64,000 bases of DNA from Leptolyngbyaceae cyanobacterium (GTDB lineage: Bacteria > Cyanobacteriota > Cyanobacteriia > Phormidesmidales > Phormidesmidaceae): assembly GCA_965263355.1 (NCBI GenBank), contig CBDHHL010000048.1, forward strand, positions 1 through 64,000, written 5' to 3'. How positions within the stretch are numbered: position 1 is the first letter of the stretch; every line of letters begins with the position of its first letter. Made by a program: the position numbers and the translations under genes. Positions 48,450-58,946 of this stretch are shown one piece after another. The notes below the pieces were generated by a model. The model saw only the letters and a program-made list of their open reading frames with translations, ran no database searches and was not told the origin of the DNA.

Positions 48450-49292
48450 ATGAAACTATTAATCAGCAATGATGACGGTATTTTTGCGGTTGGTATTCGC
48501 ACTCTCGCCAATACCCTGGCAGCGCAAGGGCATGAAGTTACGGTTGTCTGTCCCGACCGGGAACGGTCTGCCACAGGTCATGGCATTACCATGCATCAAC
48601 CTATTCGAGCTGAGCAAGTCATCTCTATCTACGACAAAAGCATTCAAGCCTGGGCCTGCTCTGGCACTCCCGCTGACTGCGTAAAACTTGCCCTTGATGC
48701 ATTGTTAGATAATAAACCGGATTGTGTCCTATCAGGCATCAACCACGGAGCAAATTTAGGCAATGACGTACTTTATTCAGGTACAGTGTCGGCAGCTATG
48801 GAAGGTCTGTTAGAAGGAATTCCTAGCCTGGCCATTAGTCTAGCTAGTTTCAGCCATCCAGATTTTCAACCCGCCGCAGACTATGCTTGTCAACTAGTGC
48901 CCAACTTGCCACAACTTGAACAACCGCTACTATTAAATCTCAATATTCCACCCATTAATAAAACAAAAATCCAGGGGGTAGCTGTGGCACGTCTGGGAGT
49001 ACGTCGCTATCGGGATCTTTTTGAAAAACGGATCGATCCTCGTGGAAAAACCTACTATTGGTTAGCGGGAGAAGTATTAGAAGAAGGCGATCTCGATCTT
49101 CCCCATAGCCTGCCTAATAGCCTTACCCCAACCGAAAATATGGATTTTATGACTCGATTCACAACCGATGTGAAAGCACTTAAAGCTGGGTACATTACAG
49201 TTACACCTCTACACTATGATTTGACGGCTTATAGTGACTTAGTAGCTATACAAAATCATCTACCCCAAATATTTTCTTGTCAAAAAGAATAA
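48450..49292 (+). CDS. surE: 5'/3'-nucleotidase SurE
   Basis: [20 protein letters not shown] and YSGTVSAA. Confidence 0.96.
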   Translation: MKLLISNDDGIFAVGIRTLANTLAAQGHEVTVVCPDRERSATGHGITMHQPIRAEQVISIYDKSIQAWACSGTPADCVKLALDALLDNKPDCVLSGINHGANLGNDVLYSGTVSAAMEGLLEGIPSLAISLASFSHPDFQPAADYACQLVPNLPQLEQPLLLNLNIPPINKTKIQGVAVARLGVRRYRDLFEKRIDPRGKTYYWLAGEVLEEGDLDLPHSLPNSLTPTENMDFMTRFTTDVKALKAGYITVTPLHYDLTAYSDLVAIQNHLPQIFSCQKE

Positions 49293-49624
49293 AGTTATTT
49301 GGGCCTAGTTTCGATAGTGCTTTGGGCAAACTAGCTTTAAGCAAAGTGGCTTAATCTAAAATTGGCCATCCAAAAGAAAAAATACCTAAGCTTAGCTTCA
49401 GATGCAAAAATCTTAACGATTGCAAATGCGCGCGCTATGGCTTGATCTATAAAGACAGTCTAGGGTTATGAATGTTTTTATGGATCGCTAGGTAAGATTG
49501 CTCCTGATAACAACTCATTTCTCTAGAAGGAAAGAGGATACGCTAAGCTAATGGGCTTAACCAAACCACTCAACGGCCATTCAGCACAATTCGCGTCCCT
49601 CATTAACGTCATTATTAGCCACTG

Positions 49625-50506
49625 ATGTCCGACTCGAATGCTCAATTTACGATTCACTTTTGGGGAGTACGCGGCAGTATTCCTTGTCCTGGTGCTGAAA
49701 CCGTTCGCTATGGTGGCAATACATCTTGTATAGAGATGCGGGTTAACGGAGAGCGTTTGATTTTTGATGGTGGCACAGGCTTACGAGAATTGGGGCAGCA
49801 TCTTCTGGATGAAGGTGAGCCTATTCATGCCAGCATGTTTTTTACCCATTCCCATTGGGATCATATCCAGGGATTTCCGTTCTTTGTACCAGCCTTTCTG
49901 CCCATTAATCAGTTTGAAGTGTACGGTGTTATTTCCCCAAATGGGGCAACAATTGAACAGCGTCTTAATGATCAAATGCTGCATCCCAACTTTCCAGTTC
50001 CGCTACAGATTATGCAGGCACAGCTGAAGTTTTGCGACCTTTCAATCGGTGAAACAGTAGCTATCGGAGACATCAGTGTAACCAATGCCTTACTAAATCA
50101 TCCGGGCGAGGCAGTTGGTTATCGTATCGAGTGGAATGGTCTAGCAGCAGCCTATGTTACTGATACTGAACACTTTCCTGAACGGTTAGATGAGAATGTT
50201 TTGTTCTTGGCTCAGAACGCTGACGTGATGATTTACGACTGTACGTATACTGATGCAGAATATCACTCCAAAACCAGTAGCAAGGTAGGTTGGGGACATT
50301 CAACCTGGCAGGAAGCAGTTAAGTTAGCTAAAGCTGCCAATGTGAAAAAGCTTGTGATTTTCCATCATGATCCATTGCACGATGATGCCTTCATGGATAA
50401 CATTGGCCGTCAAACTGTAGCTGAATTTCCGAATAGCATTGTGGCCCATGAAGGCATGGTTTTAGACTTAGTCGAGTTAAGGGCACTTGAACTAGCGAGT
50501 CGATAA
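49625..50506 (+). CDS. MBL-fold metallo-hydrolase
   Basis: GVRGS, THSHWDH, GHST and HHDP. Confidence 0.9.
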   Translation: MSDSNAQFTIHFWGVRGSIPCPGAETVRYGGNTSCIEMRVNGERLIFDGGTGLRELGQHLLDEGEPIHASMFFTHSHWDHIQGFPFFVPAFLPINQFEVYGVISPNGATIEQRLNDQMLHPNFPVPLQIMQAQLKFCDLSIGETVAIGDISVTNALLNHPGEAVGYRIEWNGLAAAYVTDTEHFPERLDENVLFLAQNADVMIYDCTYTDAEYHSKTSSKVGWGHSTWQEAVKLAKAANVKKLVIFHHDPLHDDAFMDNIGRQTVAEFPNSIVAHEGMVLDLVELRALELASR

Positions 50507-50619
50507 CTTGGCCATTTGACAATAACAATTTAACCCGCTCGGTCATCAGAGCCATTAAATACAAAAATTATGATCAACAAGAATAAACTCTCTACGAGTG
50601 AACGTAAGCTATTTCTAAA

Positions 50620-50691
50620 AGCGGGTGACGCGATTCGAACGCGCGACATTCACCTTGGCAAGGTGACGCTCTACCACTGAGCTACACCCGC
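50620..50691 (-). tRNA. tRNA-Gly (GCC), CCA not encoded
   Basis: Reverse complement GCGGGTGTAGCTCAGTGGTAGAGCGTCACCTTGCCAAGGTGAATGTCGCGCGTTCGAATCGCGTCACCCGCT folds as a cloverleaf with anticodon GCC. Confidence 0.97.
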
Positions 50692-50783
50692 ATTTGCCTT
50701 GTTTTGACTTTAACAAGGATGCCACAAAAAGTTTTTACTTGTCAAACATAATTCTAGAAACAAAAACGTCAGAGAAGCCAACG

Positions 50784-51323
50784 TTAAACTTCTGCTGATT
50801 TTGGCAACTGGGGCATCATACTAGCCATTCCCAGTGCACTAGGAGGCTTGGGCAACTGGGTCATGAGACTGGCCATTTCTAAGGCACTCATGGCATAGTT
50901 CCAACCCAAATTACTTTTGATCCCTGCTCGTTCCAGCGCTTGCTGCATAGAGTCGGTAGTCAAAATCCCAAAAACAACGGGTACACCCGTTTGAAACCCT
51001 GCAGCAGCAATGCCCTTAGACACTTCAGCAGCCACATAGTCAAAGTGAGGAGTTTGACCACGAATCACAGCTCCCAGACAAATTATGGCATCATAGCTAC
51101 CACTTAGAGCTAGCTGTCGCGCCACTAGGGCGACTTCAAAACTGCCTGGCACCCAAGCATAATCTACTTGACTACCATGGGGATCTACATTAACACCATG
51201 ACGCTTGAGGCAATCCTGACACCCTTCAAGCAACTTGCTAGTCACCAACTCGTTAAATCGGCCAATCACAATGGCAAATTTAGCCGAACTGGCTCGATCA
51301 AAACTTCCTTCAAAAACAGCCAT
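50784..51323 (-). CDS. ribH: 6,7-dimethyl-8-ribityllumazine synthase
   Basis: [26 protein letters not shown] and QALERAG. Confidence 0.96.
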   Translation of the reverse strand: MAVFEGSFDRASSAKFAIVIGRFNELVTSKLLEGCQDCLKRHGVNVDPHGSQVDYAWVPGSFEVALVARQLALSGSYDAIICLGAVIRGQTPHFDYVAAEVSKGIAAAGFQTGVPVVFGILTTDSMQQALERAGIKSNLGWNYAMSALEMASLMTQLPKPPSALGMASMMPQLPKSAEV

Positions 51324-51453
51324 GGAATTACTCCACTTCTTTAAAGACAAGGTGGCAGGCCTAAATGACCTTACCACCTGATAAAAAGTGCTTTATGTTG
51401 GCAATTTAATCCAAAATGACTAAATAAAAATAAGCGCTTTTCGGAATCTAAGT

Positions 51454-51642
51454 CTAAACTACCAAGTAGTTTAGACTACCTACCACGATCACTAAAACAG
51501 CCCAAATAATAGAACCTAGAAAAATTAGGCGTTTTGATTGTTCCCAATTCTGAGGTGAAGCATAGGCCACGGGAACCCCGATCACCATTACAAAGGACCA
51601 AACTACCAAAATGAATAACAAAAGTTGAAACAGGATAGACAT
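51454..51642 (-). CDS. psbZ: Photosystem II protein PsbZ
   Basis: 62 aa, two TM helices, VGVPV.YASPQNW..SK-type motif; the psbZ-ribH order is typical of cyanobacteria. Confidence 0.95.
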   Translation of the reverse strand: MSILFQLLLFILVVWSFVMVIGVPVAYASPQNWEQSKRLIFLGSIIWAVLVIVVGSLNYLVV

Positions 51643-51895
51643 AACTCGCCACTCTCAAGACAGCAAAAAACTTGATATGCCATGTCTGGTCGAAAATCTG
51701 CCATTAACCAAGCAAACCTTTGTGACCACCAGACTTGGGCAAGCCTCTTAATCTACTGATGGTGATACAGTATGGAGCACTGCTCGCCCTGCTTAGTAAG
51801 CTATCAAACATTTGACACCTAACGAAAGCGTTTTGCTGGAATCCATTGGATTAATTTTTCTCAGCTGATATTTTCAGATTTATGGACTTAATCCT

Positions 51896-53746
51896 GTGCA
51901 ATACAACTGCAGATGTGAACGCTCATCCACGCCATTGAGTCAAACCGCTACGGCCCAAGATATTATGTCCTCACCAGTGCGGACAATTCGACCTACTACC
52001 ACGGTGGCAGATGCCCAAAGATCTTTATTGCGCTATGGTCACTCTGCCCTCTGTGTAACCGATAGCTTCGGCCAACTCCAGGGGATAATTTCTAGGCGAG
52101 ACATTGACTTGGCAATGCATTATGGTTTCGGCCAAGCTCCAGTAGAGGGGCATATGGCACTCAATCTAAGAACCATAGGGCCCCATACCCCCCTGAATGA
52201 AATTCAGTCCCTCATGGTCACCTTTGACATAGACAGGCTACCGGTATTGGACGGAAATACGCTGGTGGGCATTATCACTCGCAAAGACCTCCTACGACAG
52301 ATATCTACTCTTCAGTCAGTACATGGAAACTCGCTACAGACACTACAAACGAAATTACAACAACATCTGAAGATGTCACTGCAAGTCCACTCCAAAGCAT
52401 TAGAGTCAGTGGAATTATGGACATTGTTGGATCACATCGCTCACGCTGCTAGGCAACGCGGGTGGCATTTATATCTGGTGGGTGGAGCTGTACGGGATTT
52501 ATTGCTGGCTCCTATGAATACAAGTGTATTCCTCAAAGATATCGATCTGGTGGTGGATAGCTTTCAATCACCCGCAATGGAAGGCGCAGGTGTCGTTCTG
52601 GCTCAACATCTACAAACGCAATATCCAAATGCTGAGCTTCAGGTTCATGGAGAATTTCAAACCGCTACTCTAATTTGTCGTACTCGGCCTGACCATGCCT
52701 CTTTAATGATTGATATTGCCACTGCCCGCACAGAGTTTTATCCGTACCCTGCAGCAAACCCAGAAGTCGAGCCCAGTTCAATTTGCCAAGATCTCTACCG
52801 GCGTGACTTTACTATTAACGCCATGGCAATTCGCCTTACATCACCTCAACCAGGATTACTACTCGACTTTTTTGGGGGGTATTTAGACATTCAAAAACGC
52901 CAGGTACGGGTGCTCCATGCTAATAGTTTTATTGAAGACCCCACTCGCATTTTTCGGGCCGTACGCTTCGCGTCACGTCTAGGATTTACTATCGACTCTC
53001 AAACTGAAAACTTGATTCGCTATGCCGTCGATAGCGGCACCTACACAGCTCTACAAACACGGCAGGCAAAAAGGCGAATGCCAGCGCTACAAAGCCGTCT
53101 CAAAGCCGAGCTAATCTATATTTTTCAAGCAACCTACTGGGCTCAGGCTCTGATGCTCCTGGATCAGCTCGGCGCACTAAGTTGTTTGTATCCCAACTTG
53201 ACTATTGACACAGAACTATGGAAACAACTGCATCGGGTTGATCCCTGGCGACAACGATTTGTGGAAGCAGTAGGAAAAGATATTCATGTAGCGCCTTGGT
53301 TATTGAGATTAGAGATACTGCTAGCCAAAGTGGAGGAGCGCTCTCAAATCGCTACTAACTTACAATTACCATTAGGCTCAATCCAAAGACTGCAGCAACT
53401 GTCCACTGTTGAAAATCACCTATCAAAACAATTCAATCAGGTTTATCAACCCCGTCCTAGCTTCATTTATCAAACTTTAACTGCCTACGATTTACCAAGC
53501 TTATTATTAGTTAGCCTACGGCATCCCAAAAAAATTGGCACTTATATCTGGCAATACGTTACCCAGCTAATCCATATTCGTTTGCCCATCAACGGCAATC
53601 ACCTCAAACAGCTGGGCTATCCTCCTGGCCCTCTATACCGTCGAATACTCACTGCCATGACTCATGCAGCTTTGGATGGTGAAATCACCTCGCTAGCATC
53701 CGCTAAAACCTATTTGAGTCATCATTACCCCATTGCAGACAACTAA
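51896..53746 (+). CDS. CBS-domain tRNA nucleotidyltransferase (probable A-adding type)
   Basis: CBS pair, then VGGAVRD, DIDLVV, DLYRRDFTINA and EDPTRIFR. Start uncertain. Confidence 0.88.
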   Translation: MQYNCRCERSSTPLSQTATAQDIMSSPVRTIRPTTTVADAQRSLLRYGHSALCVTDSFGQLQGIISRRDIDLAMHYGFGQAPVEGHMALNLRTIGPHTPLNEIQSLMVTFDIDRLPVLDGNTLVGIITRKDLLRQISTLQSVHGNSLQTLQTKLQQHLKMSLQVHSKALESVELWTLLDHIAHAARQRGWHLYLVGGAVRDLLLAPMNTSVFLKDIDLVVDSFQSPAMEGAGVVLAQHLQTQYPNAELQVHGEFQTATLICRTRPDHASLMIDIATARTEFYPYPAANPEVEPSSICQDLYRRDFTINAMAIRLTSPQPGLLLDFFGGYLDIQKRQVRVLHANSFIEDPTRIFRAVRFASRLGFTIDSQTENLIRYAVDSGTYTALQTRQAKRRMPALQSRLKAELIYIFQATYWAQALMLLDQLGALSCLYPNLTIDTELWKQLHRVDPWRQRFVEAVGKDIHVAPWLLRLEILLAKVEERSQIATNLQLPLGSIQRLQQLSTVENHLSKQFNQVYQPRPSFIYQTLTAYDLPSLLLVSLRHPKKIGTYIWQYVTQLIHIRLPINGNHLKQLGYPPGPLYRRILTAMTHAALDGEITSLASAKTYLSHHYPIADN

Positions 53747-53817
53747 TAAATAATTTCAATTTTCCTAAAACCCATGCTAAGTATTTTTTATCATCACCGC
53801 CAAAAACCGAAAGGGCA

Positions 53818-53926
53818 CTAGTAGACTGTCAGGATCTAATTTTCGGATAGGCTAGCCTCAAAATAATTCGTATACAAAGCTTTCGGAAATTATCTGCCTG
53901 AAAATTAAAACTTGGCAGTCTGCTAG
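53818..53926. mobile_element. Short CTAG-bounded MITE-like inverted-repeat element (109 bp)
   Basis: CTAGTAGACTGTCAGGATCTAATTTTC / GAAAATTAAAACTTGGCAGTCTGCTAG, 22 of 27 positions complementary. Confidence 0.6.
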
Positions 53927-54124
53927 GGTCATACCACTACTGTTTCCCTAAAGCTATCGATAAATGTTAGAAACTAGGGAAATACAAAGTTTCGTGCAGC
54001 TCGCGACTAAACTGGAAAAAATTGAAACTTCATAGCGGGGATGACAAGTGTTCATAGAGCAATGCCAGATTCTTTGCATCTCACGGCTCCCGATTACTTT
54101 TACTGAAAGCTTCTTTGTGATCCA

Positions 54125-54841
54125 ATGCAAACAATGCCGTCGCCCGTTAAATCAACCTCAAAGCACACACAGTCAGAGTCTGGCAAGGTTTCCAGGCGGC
54201 GATTATTTTCCCTGCTAGCAACTGCAATTGCGGCTAGTAGCTTGGGTATAGCTTTGGGAAGTACCTTACGTTTCCAAGTAGTTCCTGGCAGCCAAGCATC
54301 GTTATTCAAACCACAGCAAGACTTTCCACCATTAGAAGAATGGCCCCCCGAGGTACCTACAACAGGGACTGATAAATTTGATACCAATTGGGATCATGAG
54401 ATACCTCCAAGCCAATTAGTTTATAACGACCATCACAACGCTCCGCCTTACACAGAAGTTGAAAACGCTGAGAATTATGACAGTAGTGAAAACTTCTATG
54501 ATGATGGCCAGGATATTCGTAAAGAAACCTTGGTACCAGAAGCTCCCCCTAGTTCCACATCAGCTATTTTCAGACATGCAGATGGAACTATTACTGACGA
54601 AGTTTCTGATGAGGAAATATCGCCCCCAATGGTTTCAACGATTAGTGGAGAGAGTGACTCCGATGGTAGCAAGACTCCACAATTAGACGATAATAATGTC
54701 TCCCCTGCCTCTGAAACGCCCCATTGGTTTAACAAGCAACCCTTATCAGACTCTCAATTTTCAGACTCCCAATTTACTAATGGTCCTGTTATCAGTTCGC
54801 CTGAAATTTCAATACCTCCATATGATTTACCGTCAGATTAA
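54125..54841 (+). CDS. Hypothetical protein: N-terminal TM/signal plus acidic disordered tail
   Basis: SRRRLF followed by a hydrophobic helix, PQQDFPP motif and a D/E/S/P-rich tail. Confidence 0.65.
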   Translation: MQTMPSPVKSTSKHTQSESGKVSRRRLFSLLATAIAASSLGIALGSTLRFQVVPGSQASLFKPQQDFPPLEEWPPEVPTTGTDKFDTNWDHEIPPSQLVYNDHHNAPPYTEVENAENYDSSENFYDDGQDIRKETLVPEAPPSSTSAIFRHADGTITDEVSDEEISPPMVSTISGESDSDGSKTPQLDDNNVSPASETPHWFNKQPLSDSQFSDSQFTNGPVISSPEISIPPYDLPSD

Positions 54842-54961
54842 ATTTAGTTGAGTTAGATTCAAAAAGTTCCAATCACAAAAAATATCTAATGGGTTTAGCT
54901 ATTTGGCCTCAGGTAGTCTTCAACCATAGGTATAATGTCGCTTAGATATTCGTAATCTTTT

Positions 54962-55270
54962 ATGAGCAATCCGACGCTGCAAGCGTTCTTTCTAGGGCGA
55001 GCCTTAGCAACGGCTATTGGCGAAAAAGTTGAAGAGTCAATTACTACTGGTATGAGTGGTGTTGGTCGTTTTGATGCTGAGCAAAGAGAGTGGCTACATC
55101 GATTTGTAGAAGATGTCTTTGAGCAGGCTCAGTCTTCCCAGACAAAGATGTCTTCACAGCTAGAAGGCTCGGATTCAGGTGAAGATTTGCAGGCAACGAT
55201 TGATAATCTGCGCGCTGAAATCGCCCAAGTTCGAGTTGCTCTTCAGCAATATCTTTCTGCTTCTCAATAA
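54962..55270 (+). CDS. Conserved cyanobacterial coiled-coil protein (DUF6825-like)
   Basis: MSNP..QAFFLGRA...FDAEQRE...DLQATIDNLRAEIA; sits upstream of the ABC1 kinase. Confidence 0.75.
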   Translation: MSNPTLQAFFLGRALATAIGEKVEESITTGMSGVGRFDAEQREWLHRFVEDVFEQAQSSQTKMSSQLEGSDSGEDLQATIDNLRAEIAQVRVALQQYLSASQ

Positions 55271-55359
55271 CTAAGTCCTACGGTTTAATGTGACCATAAG
55301 GTTATTAGTTATTCTCAGGCTCATAGTTCTCAAATATCGCTGGCCATCTAGGAGACTGC

Positions 55360-57195
55360 GTGTCTACAGTTCCCAATACAACCGATCAGCCGTCAATGGG
55401 TGAGTTGCCTAGCAATCCTTCGCTCACCGATTATGGTGTTATCAGCGATGCCCAATTAACGCTGATTGAGGCAGCAACGTCTATATCAGATTCAAAGCAC
55501 CTTGTTGAAAAGCAATTTAATTCCTCAATTGAGAAACGCTACCGCTGGAATCAACGCTACAGTCGTCCAGAACGTTTCGTTGACATTTGGTCATTTTTCC
55601 TAACTTTCTTGGGTAAACGTTGGCTTTACAATAAGTCTTGGAGCTATGCAGGAGGTATTTCTCCTGAGAAACAGACTACCCGGCGACGTGCCCAGGCCCA
55701 ATGGGTTCGGCTGACTTTTCTCAATCTTGGCCCAACGTTTATTAAGTTAGGTCAGTTATTCTCCACCCGCTCTGATTTATTTCCTGCTGAATATGTTGAA
55801 GAGCTTTCTAAGTTACAGGATCAGGTACCAGCATTCAGCTACGAACAAGCTAAAGCCATCATTGAATCTGATTTGGGGCGGCCCGTTGAGGAACTCTACA
55901 AAACATTTGACCCCGTTCCCTTAGCAGCCGCTAGTCTGGGACAGGTACATCGGGCACAACTACATTCTGGGGAAGAAGTCGTTGTTAAAGTTCAGCGGCC
56001 TGGGCTCCAGCGTCTATTTCAAATCGATCTTTCCATTTTGAAAGGTATTGCTCACTATTTTCAGAGCCATCCTGAATGGGGCAGAGGACGAGATTGGATT
56101 GGAATTTATGAGGAATGCTGTCGCATCCTTTGGTTAGAAATTGATTTTCTACATGAAGGTCGCAACGCAGATACATTTCGTCGAAACTTTCGTAATATCG
56201 ATTGGGTCAAAGCTCCCCGTATCTATTGGCGATATGCATCACAGCGCGTACTAACGTTAGAATATTTGCCAGGCATTAAGATTAGTCACTATGAATCTTT
56301 AGAGGCGGCGGGATTGGACCGACAACGATTAGCACAGTTGGGTGCACAAGCCTATCTTCATCAACTGCTCAATGATGGTTTTTTTCATGCAGATCCCCAT
56401 CCTGGCAATATTGCAGTGAATCCTGATGGAGCCCTTATCTTTTATGATTTTGGCATGATGGGTCAAATTCAGCCAATTACCCGCGATGGGCTGATGCGTA
56501 CCTTTATGGGAGTATCACAGCGCAATGCCGATATGGTTATGGCATCCCTAATTGATTTGGGAGCTTTGACAGAAACTGAAGATATGGGGCCTGTGCGCCG
56601 CTCAATTCAGTATATTCTAGACAACTTTATGGACAAGCCTTTTGAAGAGCAGTCCATTAATGCCATCAGTGATGATCTGTATGCTATTGCTTATGATCAA
56701 CCATTTCGATTTCCAGCTACATTTACGTTCGTTATGCGAGCATTTTCTACGTTGGAAGGTGTGGGTAAGGGGTTGGATCCGGACTTTAATTTTATGGAGG
56801 CTGCAAAACCGTTTGCTAATCAGCTTATGACTAATGTCTCTAACTCTTCTAGTAACGGCCTTATTGGTGAAATAGGGCGTCAAGCCGCTCAAGTTGGAAG
56901 TTCGGCATTTGGGCTACCAAGACGCATCGAAGATTCCCTTGACCGCTTGGATCGGGGTGATATCCGTGTGCGTGTGCGCTCTATTGAAACCGACCGAGCA
57001 ATACGACGCCTTAGTAATGTCAACCTGATGACAAACTACACCCTCTTGTTGGGCACGTTTACCATATCAGCTATCCTCCTATTAATTAATCAATTGCCAT
57101 GGGCCGCTTTAGGGATGATGCTACCCGCTCTTGCTTCTGGCATAGCGTTAATTCGTTCCCTGATGCGTCTTGGTCGAGCTGACCGTATGCCATAG
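55360..57195 (+). CDS. ABC1/AarF/UbiB atypical kinase
   Basis: [35 protein letters not shown] and DFG. Confidence 0.95.
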   Translation: MSTVPNTTDQPSMGELPSNPSLTDYGVISDAQLTLIEAATSISDSKHLVEKQFNSSIEKRYRWNQRYSRPERFVDIWSFFLTFLGKRWLYNKSWSYAGGISPEKQTTRRRAQAQWVRLTFLNLGPTFIKLGQLFSTRSDLFPAEYVEELSKLQDQVPAFSYEQAKAIIESDLGRPVEELYKTFDPVPLAAASLGQVHRAQLHSGEEVVVKVQRPGLQRLFQIDLSILKGIAHYFQSHPEWGRGRDWIGIYEECCRILWLEIDFLHEGRNADTFRRNFRNIDWVKAPRIYWRYASQRVLTLEYLPGIKISHYESLEAAGLDRQRLAQLGAQAYLHQLLNDGFFHADPHPGNIAVNPDGALIFYDFGMMGQIQPITRDGLMRTFMGVSQRNADMVMASLIDLGALTETEDMGPVRRSIQYILDNFMDKPFEEQSINAISDDLYAIAYDQPFRFPATFTFVMRAFSTLEGVGKGLDPDFNFMEAAKPFANQLMTNVSNSSSNGLIGEIGRQAAQVGSSAFGLPRRIEDSLDRLDRGDIRVRVRSIETDRAIRRLSNVNLMTNYTLLLGTFTISAILLLINQLPWAALGMMLPALASGIALIRSLMRLGRADRMP

Positions 57196-57206
57196 TTTCC
57201 CCTTGT

Positions 57207-57953
57207 ATGCCTAAATGCTTTATGCAACGCTTTTTTGCTGGTTTAACAGATCCAGGATTACTAAGGACTAGTAATCAAGATGCTTATTATCTGGACGATT
57301 TAGGCCGGTTTTTTGTGGTTGCAGATGGCATGGGTGGTCATGCTGGTGGTCAAGAAGCAAGTCGTTTAGCCACGGAAGCAATTTACCAGTATCTGGATAA
57401 TCATTGGGAGAGCCCAGAAGCTCCAGATGTCATGCTACGAAAGGCTTTTATTGCAGCCAATGACGCTATTCTAAAAGACCAGTATCACCATCCTGAACGA
57501 GCAGATATGGGAACAACCGCCGTAGCTGTCATGTTTAGAGGCCATGACCAGCGACCCTGGTGTGCCCACGTTGGCGATTCTCGTCTCTACCGTTTACGAG
57601 GTGCTAGACTCGATCAGATTACGACCGATCACACCTGGGTTGCAAAGGCTATCGAAGAGGGTGAACTCACTCTAGATGAATCAAAACACCATCCCTGGCG
57701 ACATGTACTGTCCCAATGCTTAGGGCGAGAGGATTTAAACCGCATTGATATTCAGTCGCTGGATGTATCAGGAGGAGATCGTTTGCTTTTATGCAGCGAC
57801 GGTTTGACTGAGGAACTTTCCGATCCCCTGATTGCCACTCATTTAAAGAGCATCCGTTCGTGTCCAACAGCGGTTGAATCGCTAGTCGATGCGGCTAAAC
57901 AACGGGGAGGTCGAGACAATATTACGGTAGTAGTTGTAGCCTTTCAAGATTAA
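57207..57953 (+). CDS. PP2C-type Ser/Thr phosphatase
   Basis: [26 protein letters not shown] and GGRDNIT. Confidence 0.95.
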   Translation: MPKCFMQRFFAGLTDPGLLRTSNQDAYYLDDLGRFFVVADGMGGHAGGQEASRLATEAIYQYLDNHWESPEAPDVMLRKAFIAANDAILKDQYHHPERADMGTTAVAVMFRGHDQRPWCAHVGDSRLYRLRGARLDQITTDHTWVAKAIEEGELTLDESKHHPWRHVLSQCLGREDLNRIDIQSLDVSGGDRLLLCSDGLTEELSDPLIATHLKSIRSCPTAVESLVDAAKQRGGRDNITVVVVAFQD

Positions 57954-57995
57954 TTAATCCCAATTTCGTAAGTGATGAGGGTGGAGTAGAGCTGG

Positions 57996-58865
57996 ATGTT
58001 TAAATGCGCGCTAGTCTGTACTGATTTTGAGGATAGTCTGCAACGACTGATCAGGTTTGTACCTGATTTGCTTCAGTCTGGCCTAAAAAAGGTTATTTTT
58101 TTCCATAATGTTGCACTGACAACCGAGCGTGAAATTCCGAAAGTCAATGAGCAAGCCATTACTCAGGCAAAATATCGACTCGCTGATGCCAGTAATGCTC
58201 TATTACCTGAAGGCAAATCAGTTGTGATTGATGTTCGTTCAGGACGTGTCATTGACAATATCGAAAAGGCAGCACGCTGCCACCATGCCGATGTGATCTT
58301 CCTAGGAACCCCTACTCGTTCCTTACTCACAGAAAAAATCTTTGGCAGCACGACAACTGGAATTGCAAACCAACTTGATATACCACTAGTGATTTTGCGC
58401 CCCCAACTAGTATCCACTTATCGAGAACGAGAGTTAGCCTTGCGTTGCAAAACTCTATTTAGCCATCTTTTGTTGCCCTATGATGGCAGCAATAGTGCGA
58501 AGTACTTAGCTTCGCAGATTAAAGTCGCTGCGACCATGAATGGTTATCCGCAGCAATGCACGCTTTGCTGGGTTATAGATGAGTGTATTCGAATAGAACT
58601 ACGAGAATCTGAAGAACAAGCGCAGGCAATGCTTAATGAAATAAAGACAGATTTGGAAACTGTAGGTATAGAAATTTTTACTGAAATTCGTCAAGGCGAT
58701 CCATTACCTGAAGTCTTGAAATCTGCAGAAGTTAATGATATTTCTGCGATCGCAATTTGTTCAGGCAAATCCAAAGGAATCTTGAAATGGTCGGTCCCCA
58801 GTTTTACTAATGCCTTATTACGCTCCAGCTGGCATCCCGTAATTCACTTTCCCCGATCTACTTGA
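57996..58865 (+). CDS. Tandem-domain universal stress protein
   Basis: Two USP repeats (LVCTDF...IFGSTT; LLPYDGS...). Confidence 0.88.
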   Translation: MFKCALVCTDFEDSLQRLIRFVPDLLQSGLKKVIFFHNVALTTEREIPKVNEQAITQAKYRLADASNALLPEGKSVVIDVRSGRVIDNIEKAARCHHADVIFLGTPTRSLLTEKIFGSTTTGIANQLDIPLVILRPQLVSTYRERELALRCKTLFSHLLLPYDGSNSAKYLASQIKVAATMNGYPQQCTLCWVIDECIRIELRESEEQAQAMLNEIKTDLETVGIEIFTEIRQGDPLPEVLKSAEVNDISAIAICSGKSKGILKWSVPSFTNALLRSSWHPVIHFPRST

Positions 58866-58946
58866 ACTCAGTATTGAGCAAGCTCAAAATTTTGGGTAGG
58901 GCAGCGAATCGTAAATCGTGAGTAGTGCTAATTTTTGTTCAGTGCA

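Larger units (their letters stand above)
1336..58753. repeat. Dispersed HIP1 octamers GCGATCGC (about 19 copies)
   Basis: Seen at 1336, 3842, 6629, 7751, 8084, 8313, 10756, 12265, 16479, 20266, 21651, 25964, 33793, 36363, 37259, 38985, 39939, 45643, 58746 (manual count, may be incomplete). Confidence 0.9.

Noticed and set aside
50500..50790. tRNA-Gly as an integration site for an island or prophage
   Set aside because: No integrase and no duplicated tRNA 3' end seen; flanks are core genes.
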